From NCBI GenBank assembly GCA_964569445.1, contig CAZMVJ010000003.1, positions 1-39,533 of the forward strand: a stretch of 39,533 bases of DNA. Reading direction: 5' to 3'. Position 1 is the first letter of the stretch; each line of letters begins with the position of its first letter. Below the pieces are notes generated by a model that saw only the letters and a list, made by a program, of their open reading frames with translations, was not told the DNA's origin and did not search any database. The DNA comes from an uncultured Anaerolineaceae bacterium. GTDB lineage: Bacteria; Chloroflexota; Anaerolineae; Anaerolineales; E44-bin32. This document shows positions 27,368 through 36,287 of the stretch, in pieces. The position numbers and the translations under genes are program-made.

Positions 27368-29481
27368 GCCCTTCTCCACATTAGCGCGGCGGACAAGGCG
27401 GCCGCCAACGCGATCGCCAAACCGACGACAAGGCTCAGCGGAACGAAGCGGAAACGCACCGTGTGCTCGCCGGCCGGGACCGAGACTGCTCGCAGCACAC
27501 CCAGGTACGGTTCAATCGGCACATCGGCGCCATCGAGGGAAGCGCGCCACCCCGGGTACATCGGATCGCTTAACACGAGCGTCCCGGGCCCCGAGGCTCG
27601 CACCTCGACCCGATTGGGGGTGCGCTCGATCGAGGCCACCGGCGACACGGTTGTCCCAGCGGAGGTACCCGATTCAACCCAGGCATGAGGCCGCGCAACT
27701 TCATTGCGGTATATCAGGATTCCGTCCATCGTGGTTTCGGGGGACAGCCCAGGGGCATCGATCGGGTACGTCGACAGGATCCGCCCGATGCCGAGCAGCC
27801 CCAGGGCGTCGGCATCCAGGCTCGGCCCCCAATCGTCGGCCGGGTCCCCAGAAGGAAACGGCGGGAGGGTGACGGAATACGACTCGGCCGCGAACCCGGT
27901 TGCGGCGGCCATGAATTCGACGTAGCTCGCCAGTTGCAGAGGATGGACCCCATCCGCCAACTCGAGACCGGCTTCAGCCGCCGCCTCCTGCGGGACCGCG
28001 TACGATGGCGAGAAAACACGCTCTCCGTCCGGCCTCGAGAGAAACTCGGCGATCGACCGCCCCGCGCCGAGGGCCTGATCGGCCGGCCGCGATTCGACAA
28101 GAGCGATGTCGATCGAGCACAGCTCGACGACCAAGAGCAAGGTCACGGCCGGAACCGCCCAGCCTGGCCGCCGAGCCCGCAAGCCGAACCATATGCCGGC
28201 CACCGACAGAACCGCGAAAAGCGCAGATGCGCCAGGCGAGGAATCGGACAGCAGGTCGATTGCGACGCTCACAGCCACGACTACCGCGCCGGCGAAAAGG
28301 GTCGCCAGTCGCATCCGGCCCAAGGCCCGCGCCTCGACCTGGCCGTCGAGCGCCGACAATCCATGAGCCGCCAAAGCCGCGATGGCCATGCCGGCAAAGA
28401 ACAGCCAGCGCGCCGGGACTCGCATCAGGCCGGCGCCGGGTATGGCGCCTAACAGGGTTCCCAGCGGGGTGGCCTGACCCAGAGCAAGGATGAGCGCCAG
28501 GGCCAAGACCACGCCCCAGAAGAGGGTCCGCTTCGGCCAGGCGGCAACCGCGGCGACGGCCAACACCAAGGCCGCCGACCCCATCGAGACGATCCACTCT
28601 CCCCACGCGCCGGGCGAGGCGACCAGCAGGCCCAGCAGGCGCGACGCCGGAAGGGCAAAAGCGTCGGCAGCGGCCGCAGTCATCGTCTGGCGTGTGGTGA
28701 GCCCGACGAACTCCGCCAGCGGGACGGCGAAAGCCGCACCGACGGCAACGATCGCCACGCCGGCGGCGGCGGTGCCCTTGAGGAGCTCGGGGATCGCGCC
28801 TCGAGATTCGCGCTCACCCATCCTCCACCGCCATACGCCATAGCCGAAGGCGACCAGCCCGACCGGGACAAACCAGCGCGGATCGGCAAGGATCACGATC
28901 CCGGCCACCACTCCGGAAATTAGAAAACCGCGGATCGACCGCGAATGGCCTACCCTGTCCACTGCTCTTCCGACCGACAGGAGGACCCAGGGCGTCCAAC
29001 TGACGGCGGCGACTAGAGTCAGGTGACCGAGCCCGACATGGCCGACGAGCTTAGGCATGCCTGCGAAGGCCAAGCCTCCGGTGAGCGCAGCCAGGGGCGT
29101 GAGTTTCTCCGACCGCAGCAGACGGAACATCCCCCATCCGCCCAGCACCAAGTGCAGCCAGAAAAGCAGGTTGATCACCGGCGCGCCGGGAAACAGTGCA
29201 AGGAGCCACAAGGGTGGATACCACAGGCCCGAGAGCGGATCCGCGGCGAAGGGCATGCCGCTGAGAATCGTCGGATTCCAAAGCGGGATCTGGCCCCACA
29301 TCTCAACGGCGCGATGCAGGAAGTACGCGCTCGAGAGATGCGCGATCAGGGCATCCGAGTAGGCGGCGCCGGGAGTGAAGGGAAATCCCTGCGGCCGCGC
29401 GGCGAGGGGGAAAAGGAAAAGCGCCGCAGCCACCGCGAGCAGCAGGCCAACAAGCCACGGCCGGGAAAGGGCGCGGGTCAT
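27364..29481 (-). CDS. YfhO-family-like large polytopic membrane protein, copy B
   Basis: ATG 29481 overlaps the upstream stop (ATGA at 29478-29481). Motifs GQIPLWNPTILSGMPFAADPLSGLWYP and C-terminal LVLSDPMYPGWRASLDGADVPIEPYLGVLRAVSVPAGEHTVRFRFVP plus a final TM. The first 108 codons of ORF 27364-29805 are rejected. Confidence 0.8.
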   Translation of the reverse strand: MTRALSRPWLVGLLLAVAAALFLFPLAARPQGFPFTPGAAYSDALIAHLSSAYFLHRAVEMWGQIPLWNPTILSGMPFAADPLSGLWYPPLWLLALFPGAPVINLLFWLHLVLGGWGMFRLLRSEKLTPLAALTGGLAFAGMPKLVGHVGLGHLTLVAAVSWTPWVLLSVGRAVDRVGHSRSIRGFLISGVVAGIVILADPRWFVPVGLVAFGYGVWRWRMGERESRGAIPELLKGTAAAGVAIVAVGAAFAVPLAEFVGLTTRQTMTAAAADAFALPASRLLGLLVASPGAWGEWIVSMGSAALVLAVAAVAAWPKRTLFWGVVLALALILALGQATPLGTLLGAIPGAGLMRVPARWLFFAGMAIAALAAHGLSALDGQVEARALGRMRLATLFAGAVVVAVSVAIDLLSDSSPGASALFAVLSVAGIWFGLRARRPGWAVPAVTLLLVVELCSIDIALVESRPADQALGAGRSIAEFLSRPDGERVFSPSYAVPQEAAAEAGLELADGVHPLQLASYVEFMAAATGFAAESYSVTLPPFPSGDPADDWGPSLDADALGLLGIGRILSTYPIDAPGLSPETTMDGILIYRNEVARPHAWVESGTSAGTTVSPVASIERTPNRVEVRASGPGTLVLSDPMYPGWRASLDGADVPIEPYLGVLRAVSVPAGEHTVRFRFVPLSLVVGLAIALAAALSAALMWRRA

Positions 29482-31046
29482 GGCAGCGGGAGTCCGTAAA
29501 TCGTCACGTCCTCGTTCTGATAGACCGGAAGGAGGGCCGCCAGCCACTCCAGAGTGCCCATCGTTCGTTCGCGCGGGCCGATGAAGACATAGTCGACCGC
29601 CCGACTGCGCATCATCTCCAGAACTTCCTCCGTCGAGGCTTGGCTCCGATAGATCGACTCGACCCAGGCCAGCTCGTCGGCCGCATTCGGGGTTTCGAAT
29701 GGGTGGCCATAGCGAACCCTGACGTCGGCATAGGCCGGCAATCGATTTCCGGTGACCTCGCCGGCCAGAATCAACGACCCCTCCGGCACATCGTCCGCGA
29801 TCCACGCATAGGCTGCATGCTCAGCCGAGCTCATGACCAACTCCGGTTCCTGAGCCAACGCGCCGCCCATGGTCGCGGTGAGCACGACGAGATTCGACGG
29901 GAGACATAGCACGAAGAGCAGGCAAGCCAGCCACCTCCTCCATCTCCCTCTAGCGACGAGTTCGGCCAACGCAAGGCCCGCCAGGGCGGCCATCGGAAAG
30001 AACATCCCCAGCAGCATGCGGCGCTGAAGCCCGAAGGGGACGAAGACCAGTAGCGATCCGATTGTCAACCAGGCGACGAGAAGTCGGCCGCCGGAGGTCG
30101 CCAGGGGCCGGACGACGATGAGCGAAGCCAACGCCAGACCAAGCACCACGCCATAGCCCAGCAGGACGTCGACCAACGGCGGCGTGGGCGTCAGGTTCTG
30201 GGCCGACCAGGCAGCTAGGGCAGGCTGGCTGGTTGTGACCCACCCGTCATAGATCAGCCATGGCACGCTCGCCGCCAGGAAAACCAGAGCCGCCACGAAT
30301 TGCTGTCGCTGCACCTCGCCCGCTGGCGCGTCCGGGGAAGGTCGCAGGCGAGCCCAAGCTCCCCACACAATGCCCACAGCGACGACCGGCAGGACGGCGA
30401 AGGGCTGGACCACGGCCAGCACCAAGCCGGCCAACCCTGCCCCGCCCCATCGGACGGCGCGGCGCAGATCTCGCGCGCACAACATGGTCATCGCCATCAG
30501 CATGGCCGCCGCCGCAAGCGGAAAGTGGGCGTTGGCGTAGGCGGACAGAAAGGGGATCGCCTCCGGAACCCAGAGGTCGATGGGCAATCGCCCGGCTCCC
30601 ACTCCGATCCAACCGAGTCCGGAACCAAACAGGGTCAGCACCATCGCCCAGCGGCGCGCCCCGCTCTCGGCAATGGCCGTTCGGTAGAAGAGGCAGGCGG
30701 CGCCGAGCATGGCCGCCGTCGCTGCGACCCTGGCACCATGGTAAACAACCTCAGGCGCCGCTCCCAGGGCGCGCTGAATGTGGCCGAGGAGGAGGTAGTA
30801 GAGGAATAGCAGCGCCCCGGCACCGGGTTCTGCGGCGTACGGGAGCTGGAACAGCCAGGAGCCCTCCATCCCCTGCCGCATCTTCGCCAGGTAGGAGAAA
30901 CCGTCGATGGGGTTGACCAGAAAACCGGTGAAGACGAAACCGGATGGCTGAGCCCGCCAGGCCACCAGGTACGGGGCCAGGACGACGGTCAGGAGCACCG
31001 CCGACCCCGCGAGCCAGACCCAAGTGCGCCGGCGCATGGCGGACAT
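29478..31046 (-). CDS. Polytopic membrane protein with a C-terminal soluble domain (GT-C-like, uncharacterised family), copy A; first gene of the operon
   Basis: Start ATG 31046 (MSAMRRRTWVWLAGSAVLL) or ATG 31037. It is a paralog of 25778-27367 along its whole length, including the C-terminal YAWIADDVPEGSLILAGEVTGNRLPAYA...YVFIGPRERTMG versus FDWIAEHAAPGSVVLAAFDTGNALPAWA...LVFRGPTERKLG. Confidence 0.75.
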   Translation of the reverse strand: MSAMRRRTWVWLAGSAVLLTVVLAPYLVAWRAQPSGFVFTGFLVNPIDGFSYLAKMRQGMEGSWLFQLPYAAEPGAGALLFLYYLLLGHIQRALGAAPEVVYHGARVAATAAMLGAACLFYRTAIAESGARRWAMVLTLFGSGLGWIGVGAGRLPIDLWVPEAIPFLSAYANAHFPLAAAAMLMAMTMLCARDLRRAVRWGGAGLAGLVLAVVQPFAVLPVVAVGIVWGAWARLRPSPDAPAGEVQRQQFVAALVFLAASVPWLIYDGWVTTSQPALAAWSAQNLTPTPPLVDVLLGYGVVLGLALASLIVVRPLATSGGRLLVAWLTIGSLLVFVPFGLQRRMLLGMFFPMAALAGLALAELVARGRWRRWLACLLFVLCLPSNLVVLTATMGGALAQEPELVMSSAEHAAYAWIADDVPEGSLILAGEVTGNRLPAYADVRVRYGHPFETPNAADELAWVESIYRSQASTEEVLEMMRSRAVDYVFIGPRERTMGTLEWLAALLPVYQNEDVTIYGLPLP

Positions 31047-31244
31047 TGTACGCGACCGCCGGTGGGTTCGCCACGCGCCAGCGGCGTGGACCGAGGTCGG
31101 CAAGACTGAGCCGAAGGCCGGCGCAGTCAACCCAAGGGGACCCCGGCATCGCCGCATCCTGCCACGCCTCGCCAAGAGATTGCTGAGAAAAGGATGCGCC
31201 TTCGCACCCCCTCCCCTGGCCCTCGCGAAGCAGAGCCCTGTGGG

Positions 31245-31339
31245 CCTCCCCCTGCATTTGCCAGCTCTCGAGCACAAATGAATTGTGCAGGGGGAGGGGA
31301 GTTATTCCTGGTGGAAGGGGGGAGCTTCGCTCCCCCCTT
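31245..31339. repeat. GC-rich hairpin pair of the same family as 17581-17757 and 34721-34882
   Basis: CCTCCCCCTGCA (31245-31256) pairs with TGCAGGGGGAGG (31286-31297) around a 29-nt loop. Then comes AAGGGGGGAGC-ttc-GCTCCCCCCTT (31315-31339). Confidence 0.6.
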
Positions 31340-31543
31340 TCCCCAGATATTCCACCCCGTGCAAAGCCGCCCGTAGCGCAGCGGAGGGCCTCTCCGCCCG
31401 GTTGTTCATACTGCCCGACGATGTCGGCGGAGAATAGCCCCTACGGCTACGCCTCGGGGGGCTTCGCACGGGCCGGGGGGTGAGGGCGGACCGGCGCTTT
31501 CCAGCAAGGTCCTGGGCCCTTGGTCCTACTGGGCCGTAGCGGC

Positions 31544-31572
31544 TTGCCCGGCGCGCGCCATCGCATCTATAA
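31544..31572 (+). promoter_or_regulatory. Candidate sigma70-type promoter (TTGCCC, 17 nt, TATAAT) placed for a leaderless GTG 31580
   Basis: -35 ttgccc at 31544-31549 and -10 tataat at 31567-31572. Seven nt separate the -10 from GTG 31580, and there is no Shine-Dalgarno. Confidence 0.4.
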
Positions 31573-31579
31573 TCCGTCC

Positions 31580-32281
31580 GTGAGCCGAGCCTCCTCCCTG
31601 TATCGCCTGCAGCAGACGGACCTATCGATCGATCAGGCCCAAGGGAAACTGGCGGCGGTCGAGGCGGAGTTGGCTGAACACGGTCCGGTCGAGCGAGCCC
31701 GCCAAGAGGCGGCGCAGGCCGAACATGAGCTTCGGCAATCGGCCCAGAACATGCAAGCGGCCGAAGACGCAGTCGCGACGCAGAGAGAGAAGCTGGTACA
31801 GGTCGACGAACGGCTGTACGGCGGCGCCGTTCACAACCCGAAGGAACTCCAGGAACTGCAGGCCGAGGCCGAGGCCTTGCGTCGGCACCTGGGCAGCCTG
31901 GAGGATCGACTGCTCGAAACGATGCAGCTCGCTGAGGATGCCGAAACGGCGGCGCAGGGCGCGCAAGCCCGGTTGGAGCTGGCGGAAGCCGACTCCTCCG
32001 GGCGCGAGTCCGGCTTGAGGAAGCAGCGCGAAACACTGACGGTATTGCTGGACCAGCACGCCGAGGAACGAGAAGCTGCCGAAGTGGGAGTCCGCCCGGA
32101 GGACCTGCAGCTCTACCGATCGTTGCGCAAAGGCCCGGGGAGTCTGGCCGTCGCCGAAATGCAGGACGATACCTGCAGCGCCTGCGGGGTCTCCCTTTCG
32201 GCGTCGGCGCGGCAGGAAGTCCGCAGCGGGCCCGGTTTGATCCGCTGCCGGCAGTGCGGCCGGATCCTGTACGCGAGCTAG
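31580..32281 (+). CDS. Coiled-coil protein with a C-terminal C4 zinc ribbon (COG1579-like)
   Basis: The start is VSRASSLYRLQQTDLSIDQAQGKLAAVEAEL. Long heptad-like Glu/Ala/Leu region. C-terminus CSACGVSLSASARQEV...IRCRQCGRILY. Confidence 0.8.
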   Translation: MSRASSLYRLQQTDLSIDQAQGKLAAVEAELAEHGPVERARQEAAQAEHELRQSAQNMQAAEDAVATQREKLVQVDERLYGGAVHNPKELQELQAEAEALRRHLGSLEDRLLETMQLAEDAETAAQGAQARLELAEADSSGRESGLRKQRETLTVLLDQHAEEREAAEVGVRPEDLQLYRSLRKGPGSLAVAEMQDDTCSACGVSLSASARQEVRSGPGLIRCRQCGRILYAS

Positions 32282-32286
32282 GACAC

Positions 32287-34683
32287 GTGTTTCAGAACAT
32301 CTTCGGTTTCCAATTCGATCTCCCCGAGTTCCTCCTGGGACTGTTCGCCGGGTTCCTGGTCCTGCTGGCGTTCAACCGCGGCTTGCCGATAGCCAAGGAA
32401 CTGCTCAAGTGGGGGCGAGGCCAGGCCGGCCAGGTCTCGGCGACTGTGGCGGTGGGATCGCGCGATCGCTTCCGGCGCGAGATCGAAGCACGCGCCCAGG
32501 GAATGCACTTGGCGCGGGCGCTCTTTCTGCTGGAGGACATCGTCGTCCCGCCGCGCCTGCTGGCTCCGCCGTTCTCGGCCGATCCGTCTCACACCGAGCC
32601 TCGCGCCGAGGACACCTTGGGAGCGCTGCCCAACCTGCCGGATTGGGTAACCCTGGCCGGGATTTACCAGACGGCCTCCCTCGGGTTGCCGGCTGCGCTG
32701 CACTCGAGCCCCAGATTGCTCCTGACGGGGGAACTCGGCGCCGGAAAGTCGACGGCGCTGGCCTACCTGACCATCCTGACGGCTCAGCTCTCGCCCGAAG
32801 CCGGCGAGCTTTCGGGTTTGGTTCCCTTCCTCGTGCATGCCGGCGACTTTCGGCTGGCGCGTTGGGACGGGAAAGACCCGCTCGAACCGTTGATCGGCGC
32901 CGCTCAGCAGACCGTCTCCGGCGGTGTCGCCGGACGTCTGCCCTCGTACATGCGTCAGGCTTTCCGTCAGAAGACCGCCCTGCTTCTACTCGATGGGCTC
33001 GACGAGCTGACCCTCGACGAAGTCTCCAAGGTCGCGGCTTGGTTAGAGGCGCTGGAGGATGACTACCCGGAGCTGCGCATCGTAGCCGCCGGCCCGGCCC
33101 GCGGCTACGATGGTCTTGTCGGTCAGGCGCGGTTGGCGCCGGCCGCCCTGGCGCCGTGGACCGAGCACGATCAGCGCGCCTTCATGTCGAAGTTCGCCGC
33201 GGCGTGGCAGCGCGACGTGGCCCCCAAGCTTCCCAAGCGCGGCCTGGCCGATATCGATCCGGCGCTGATCACCGGGTGGATGGTCGGTGCGGCGCGGGGC
33301 GCCTCGCCGCTCGACCTGACCCTGCGGGTCTGGGCCAGCCATGCCGGCGACGTGCGCGGCGCCACCATCGTCGAATCGTTCGACGCCTACTTCGGACGCC
33401 TGCTCTCCCAGGAGGAACGCCAGACGGCCGAAGCCGCCGCCCTGGCCTGGCTCGAGAGCCGCGCCGGCGTCTTCTCCGAACAGGCCCTTCGGCGCGGGAC
33501 GCCTGCGAACGATCTGGTGGAGGCGGGCATCCTGGCGCGACGCGAAGGCGGCAATTACTCCTTCAGCCAACCGGCGCTGGGCGCCTACCTGGCGGCGCGC
33601 GCCATGGCCTCCAGCGGACCGAGCGAAGCGGTCATCCGAGGCGGCTGGCCGCCGGCGGAAGCCGCCGTCGGGTTCTTCGCCGCACTCAGTGACGCCGGTG
33701 CCATCGTTCAACGCTGGATCGAAGCCGGCCGCGACGCCCTCGAAACGGGGACGCTCGACGCCGCCCGGTTGCTGCGCTACGGCTCGCGCAAGGCGGCCTG
33801 GCGGCAGAACGTGTTGCGCGCCCTGGCGCAAATCCTCCAGTCCCACCAGCGGCCGTACGGCCTCCGCCTGCGCGCCGTGGACGCGCTAGTGCTGGCCGGT
33901 GAGCCGACGGCGGCCATCCTGTTCCGACGACTGCTCACGGCGGAGGCCGCCAGCACGCGGCTGCTTTCCGCAGTCGGGTTGGGCGGGCTCCGAGACGAAG
34001 AATCGGTCCCGGCCCTGGTGGCGGCTATGTCCCACGACCGCGAGTTGATGGTGCGCCAGGCGGCCTGCCTCGGCCTGGCCGGGATCGGCTCGGAGGCCGC
34101 GCTGGAGGCGTTGGGGCGGGCCCTGTTGGAGGCTGAGGAGGCCGTGCGCCTGGCCGCCGCCGAAGCTCTGGCCTGCCACCCGGATGAGGGCTACGGCATG
34201 CTGCGCGACGCCTCGGAGGTCGAGAATCTCCTGACGCGCCGCGCCGCCGTCTTCGGGCTGGCGCGCGTCCCGGAAGACTGGGCGATGCAAATCCTCGAGA
34301 AGGTCTCCGTCGATGACGAACAGTGGGTGGTCCGCGGCGCCGCCGCGGAAGCCGCCGAGCGGCGTCGCAATCCGCCGTGGAGGATTCCGGCGCCGGTCCT
34401 GGATCCCAGTCAGTTGCCCTGGTTGACGGCGTACGCCGGCAAAGTCGGTTCGGGGATGGCCGCCGGAAAGGCGGCGATGGAGATGCTGCGCCGGGCGGTA
34501 TCCAGCGGGTCGGTCGAGGAGCAGATCGCCGCCCTCGAAACCTTGGGCTGGATGGACGCCAGCGAGTTCCAGCTCGAACTCAACAAGGCGCTCCGCTCCG
34601 AACAGCCCTTCTTGCGCGACGCCGCGTTCGAGTCGCTCTGGCGCCAGGCGGCGCCGGGCGTCCTGTTGATCCCTGCGATCTAG
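32287..34683 (+). CDS. Membrane-anchored STAND NTPase: N-terminal TM, NACHT-like P-loop, C-terminal HEAT repeats
   Basis: GTG 32287 lies 5 nt after the upstream stop. TM segment FLLGLFAGFLVLLAF. Walker A LLLTGELGAGKSTALAYL and Walker B ALLLLDGLDEL. HEAT-like repeats, for example EESVPALVAAMSHDRELMVRQAACLGLAGIGSEAALEALGRAL and EAVRLAAAEALA. Confidence 0.8.
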   Translation: MFQNIFGFQFDLPEFLLGLFAGFLVLLAFNRGLPIAKELLKWGRGQAGQVSATVAVGSRDRFRREIEARAQGMHLARALFLLEDIVVPPRLLAPPFSADPSHTEPRAEDTLGALPNLPDWVTLAGIYQTASLGLPAALHSSPRLLLTGELGAGKSTALAYLTILTAQLSPEAGELSGLVPFLVHAGDFRLARWDGKDPLEPLIGAAQQTVSGGVAGRLPSYMRQAFRQKTALLLLDGLDELTLDEVSKVAAWLEALEDDYPELRIVAAGPARGYDGLVGQARLAPAALAPWTEHDQRAFMSKFAAAWQRDVAPKLPKRGLADIDPALITGWMVGAARGASPLDLTLRVWASHAGDVRGATIVESFDAYFGRLLSQEERQTAEAAALAWLESRAGVFSEQALRRGTPANDLVEAGILARREGGNYSFSQPALGAYLAARAMASSGPSEAVIRGGWPPAEAAVGFFAALSDAGAIVQRWIEAGRDALETGTLDAARLLRYGSRKAAWRQNVLRALAQILQSHQRPYGLRLRAVDALVLAGEPTAAILFRRLLTAEAASTRLLSAVGLGGLRDEESVPALVAAMSHDRELMVRQAACLGLAGIGSEAALEALGRALLEAEEAVRLAAAEALACHPDEGYGMLRDASEVENLLTRRAAVFGLARVPEDWAMQILEKVSVDDEQWVVRGAAAEAAERRRNPPWRIPAPVLDPSQLPWLTAYAGKVGSGMAAGKAAMEMLRRAVSSGSVEEQIAALETLGWMDASEFQLELNKALRSEQPFLRDAAFESLWRQAAPGVLLIPAI

Positions 34684-34720
34684 TCCGCAGCCGAGAAGAC
34701 GGCTTCGCCCTTACCCCCTG

Positions 34721-34882
34721 CCCCCTCTCCGCGGCGGAGTTGCGTTCTCTAAGTCACGGTCATGCGGAGAGGGGGTGGAGAATTTCAAGGAGGCGGGGGC
34801 CTTCGGCCCCCGCCTCCTTGAAAAACCTCTCCCCTCCCCCGGATCAGGTCCTGGAGATCGGTGCTCCACTAGCCGGGGGAGG
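34721..34882. repeat. Tripartite GC-rich hairpin array with the same architecture as 17581-17757
   Basis: CCCCCTCTCCGC (34721-34732) pairs with GCGGAGAGGGGG (34764-34775) around a 31-nt loop; this stem is identical to 17703-17714/17746-17757. Next is a perfect 16-bp CAAGGAGGCGGGGGCC-ttc-GGCCCCCGCCTCCTTG (34786-34820). Last is CCTCCCCCGG (34833-34842) / CCGGGGGAGG (34873-34882) around a 30-nt loop. Confidence 0.65.
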
Positions 34883-34960
34883 CCCTCCGCTTCGCTACGG
34901 GCTGCTGCGCGAGGGCAGGGGTGGGGGACGGAGGCGACCGCCTCCTCTTTCAGCATCCCG

Positions 34961-35281
34961 CTAGTCCGCCTCGTTCCGGTCAATCCACTCCTGCAAGCGT
35001 CGTTGGACCTCGCCGGCCGAAAGGTCGGTAATGGACACGATCTTGTCCAGGCCCTTCTCTCCGGCGACGATCTCGATACGGCTCTTGCGGATCTCCAACG
35101 CGTCCGCCAGGAACGCGATCAAGGCCGCATTGGCCTTGCCTTCGACGGGAGGCGCCGTCACCCGAATCCGGATCGTCCCGTCTTCGAGGATCTCGGCCAC
35201 TTCGGTCCGCCGGGCACGCGGCGTCACCCGCACCGTCAGGGCGGAACCGCTCTTGCCGCCGTGCAGCTTGAACTTTCGCAT
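34961..35281 (-). CDS. yggU: DUF167 (YggU) family protein
   Basis: 106 aa. LTVRVTPRARRTEV...IRIRVTAPPVEGKANAALIAFLADAL...IEIVAGEKGLDKIV is typical of YggU. Confidence 0.85.
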   Translation of the reverse strand: MRKFKLHGGKSGSALTVRVTPRARRTEVAEILEDGTIRIRVTAPPVEGKANAALIAFLADALEIRKSRIEIVAGEKGLDKIVSITDLSAGEVQRRLQEWIDRNEAD

Positions 35282-35288
35282 CGCTCCC

Positions 35289-35543
35289 TCAGCCCGATGA
35301 GAGAAGTCGTAGGAAAAAGGCTCCGACCACCTGCACCAGGATCAATAGGACGAACGGGCTGAAGTCGAGCATGCCGACGGGCGGCAGAATCCGGCGGATC
35401 GGCGTCAGAAGCGGACCAACGATGGCATCCAGGTTGCGGCGCACGGGATGAAAAGGATCGAGCACGAAGCTGACCAGGACGTCCGCCAGGATCAGTATGG
35501 TCAGGCCGGTGATGAGCCACTGCAGGGTCGAAACCATGGGCAC
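35289..35543 (-). CDS. yggT: YggT family small membrane protein
   Basis: LILADVLVSFVLDPFHPVRRNLDAIVGPLLTPIRRILPPVGMLDFSPFVLLILVQVV. The start is either GTG 35543 or ATG 35537. Confidence 0.85.
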   Translation of the reverse strand: MPMVSTLQWLITGLTILILADVLVSFVLDPFHPVRRNLDAIVGPLLTPIRRILPPVGMLDFSPFVLLILVQVVGAFFLRLLSSG

Positions 35544-35554
35544 CGGGGCCTAGT

Positions 35555-36280
35555 TTACATCCGCTCGCCCAGAATCGCCCGGCCAATCCGGACGAGGGTC
35601 GCCCCCTCGGCGATGGCCGATTCGAAATCGTCAGACATTCCCATCGACAGCTCCGGGAGTTCGCACCCCAGCCGATCGCGCAGACGGCGGCGAAGTTCGG
35701 CCAGATGGCGGAACGCCGTGCGCTGGGTTGCGACGTCGTCGGTCTGAGGAGCCATCGTCATGAGGCCGCGCACCTCCAGGTGCGGCAGGCCAACGACCTC
35801 CCGGATCTCCTGCAGGACACCTTCGCCGGCCTGGCCCTCCTCCACGCGCCAGCCGGCCTTGGTCGGCTCGCCGCTGACATTCCACTCCAGGAGAATCGCC
35901 TGGCGTCTTCCGATCTCGGCTGATCGAGCATCGAGCAGGCGCGCCACTTTGAGCCGATCGACAGCGTGAAGTAGATCGAAGTGGTCACCGACCTGCGGGA
36001 CCTTGCGACTCTGGAGCGGCCCGACCAGATGCCAGGTGAGCCCAGGCAGCTCGCCGAGGGCGGCGATCTTCGCCAGCGCCTCTTCGACTCGATTCTCGCC
36101 CAGGCGGCGTTGGTCGCTTTCCACCAAGGCGTGCAGCCGGCTGACGGGATGACCTTTGGTGACCACGACCAACTGCACTTCGGAGGGATCTCGCCCCGCT
36201 CTTTCGGCCGCCGCGGCGATCCGCCCTTGGACGGCGACCAGCCGCTGGCGGGTCTCTTCCTCCATGGCGGCCTGGCTCAT
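35555..36280 (-). CDS. yggS: YggS-family PLP-binding (PLP homeostasis) protein
   Basis: LVVVTKGHP (PLP-lysine context), WHLVGPLQSRKV, and C-terminal LSMGMSDDFESAIAEGATLVRIGRAILG. Confidence 0.92.
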   Translation of the reverse strand: MSQAAMEEETRQRLVAVQGRIAAAAERAGRDPSEVQLVVVTKGHPVSRLHALVESDQRRLGENRVEEALAKIAALGELPGLTWHLVGPLQSRKVPQVGDHFDLLHAVDRLKVARLLDARSAEIGRRQAILLEWNVSGEPTKAGWRVEEGQAGEGVLQEIREVVGLPHLEVRGLMTMAPQTDDVATQRTAFRHLAELRRRLRDRLGCELPELSMGMSDDFESAIAEGATLVRIGRAILGERM

Positions 36281-36287
36281 GTCGTCC

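Noticed and set aside
31366-31400. tRNA-like string gcccGTAGCGCAGCGGagggcctctccgcc
   Set aside because: The resemblance is limited to a D-loop-like GTAGCGCAGCGG. There is no acceptor stem pairing, no anticodon arm and no GGTTCGAAT-type T-loop nearby. The segment forms a simple GCGGAG/CTCCGC hairpin instead.
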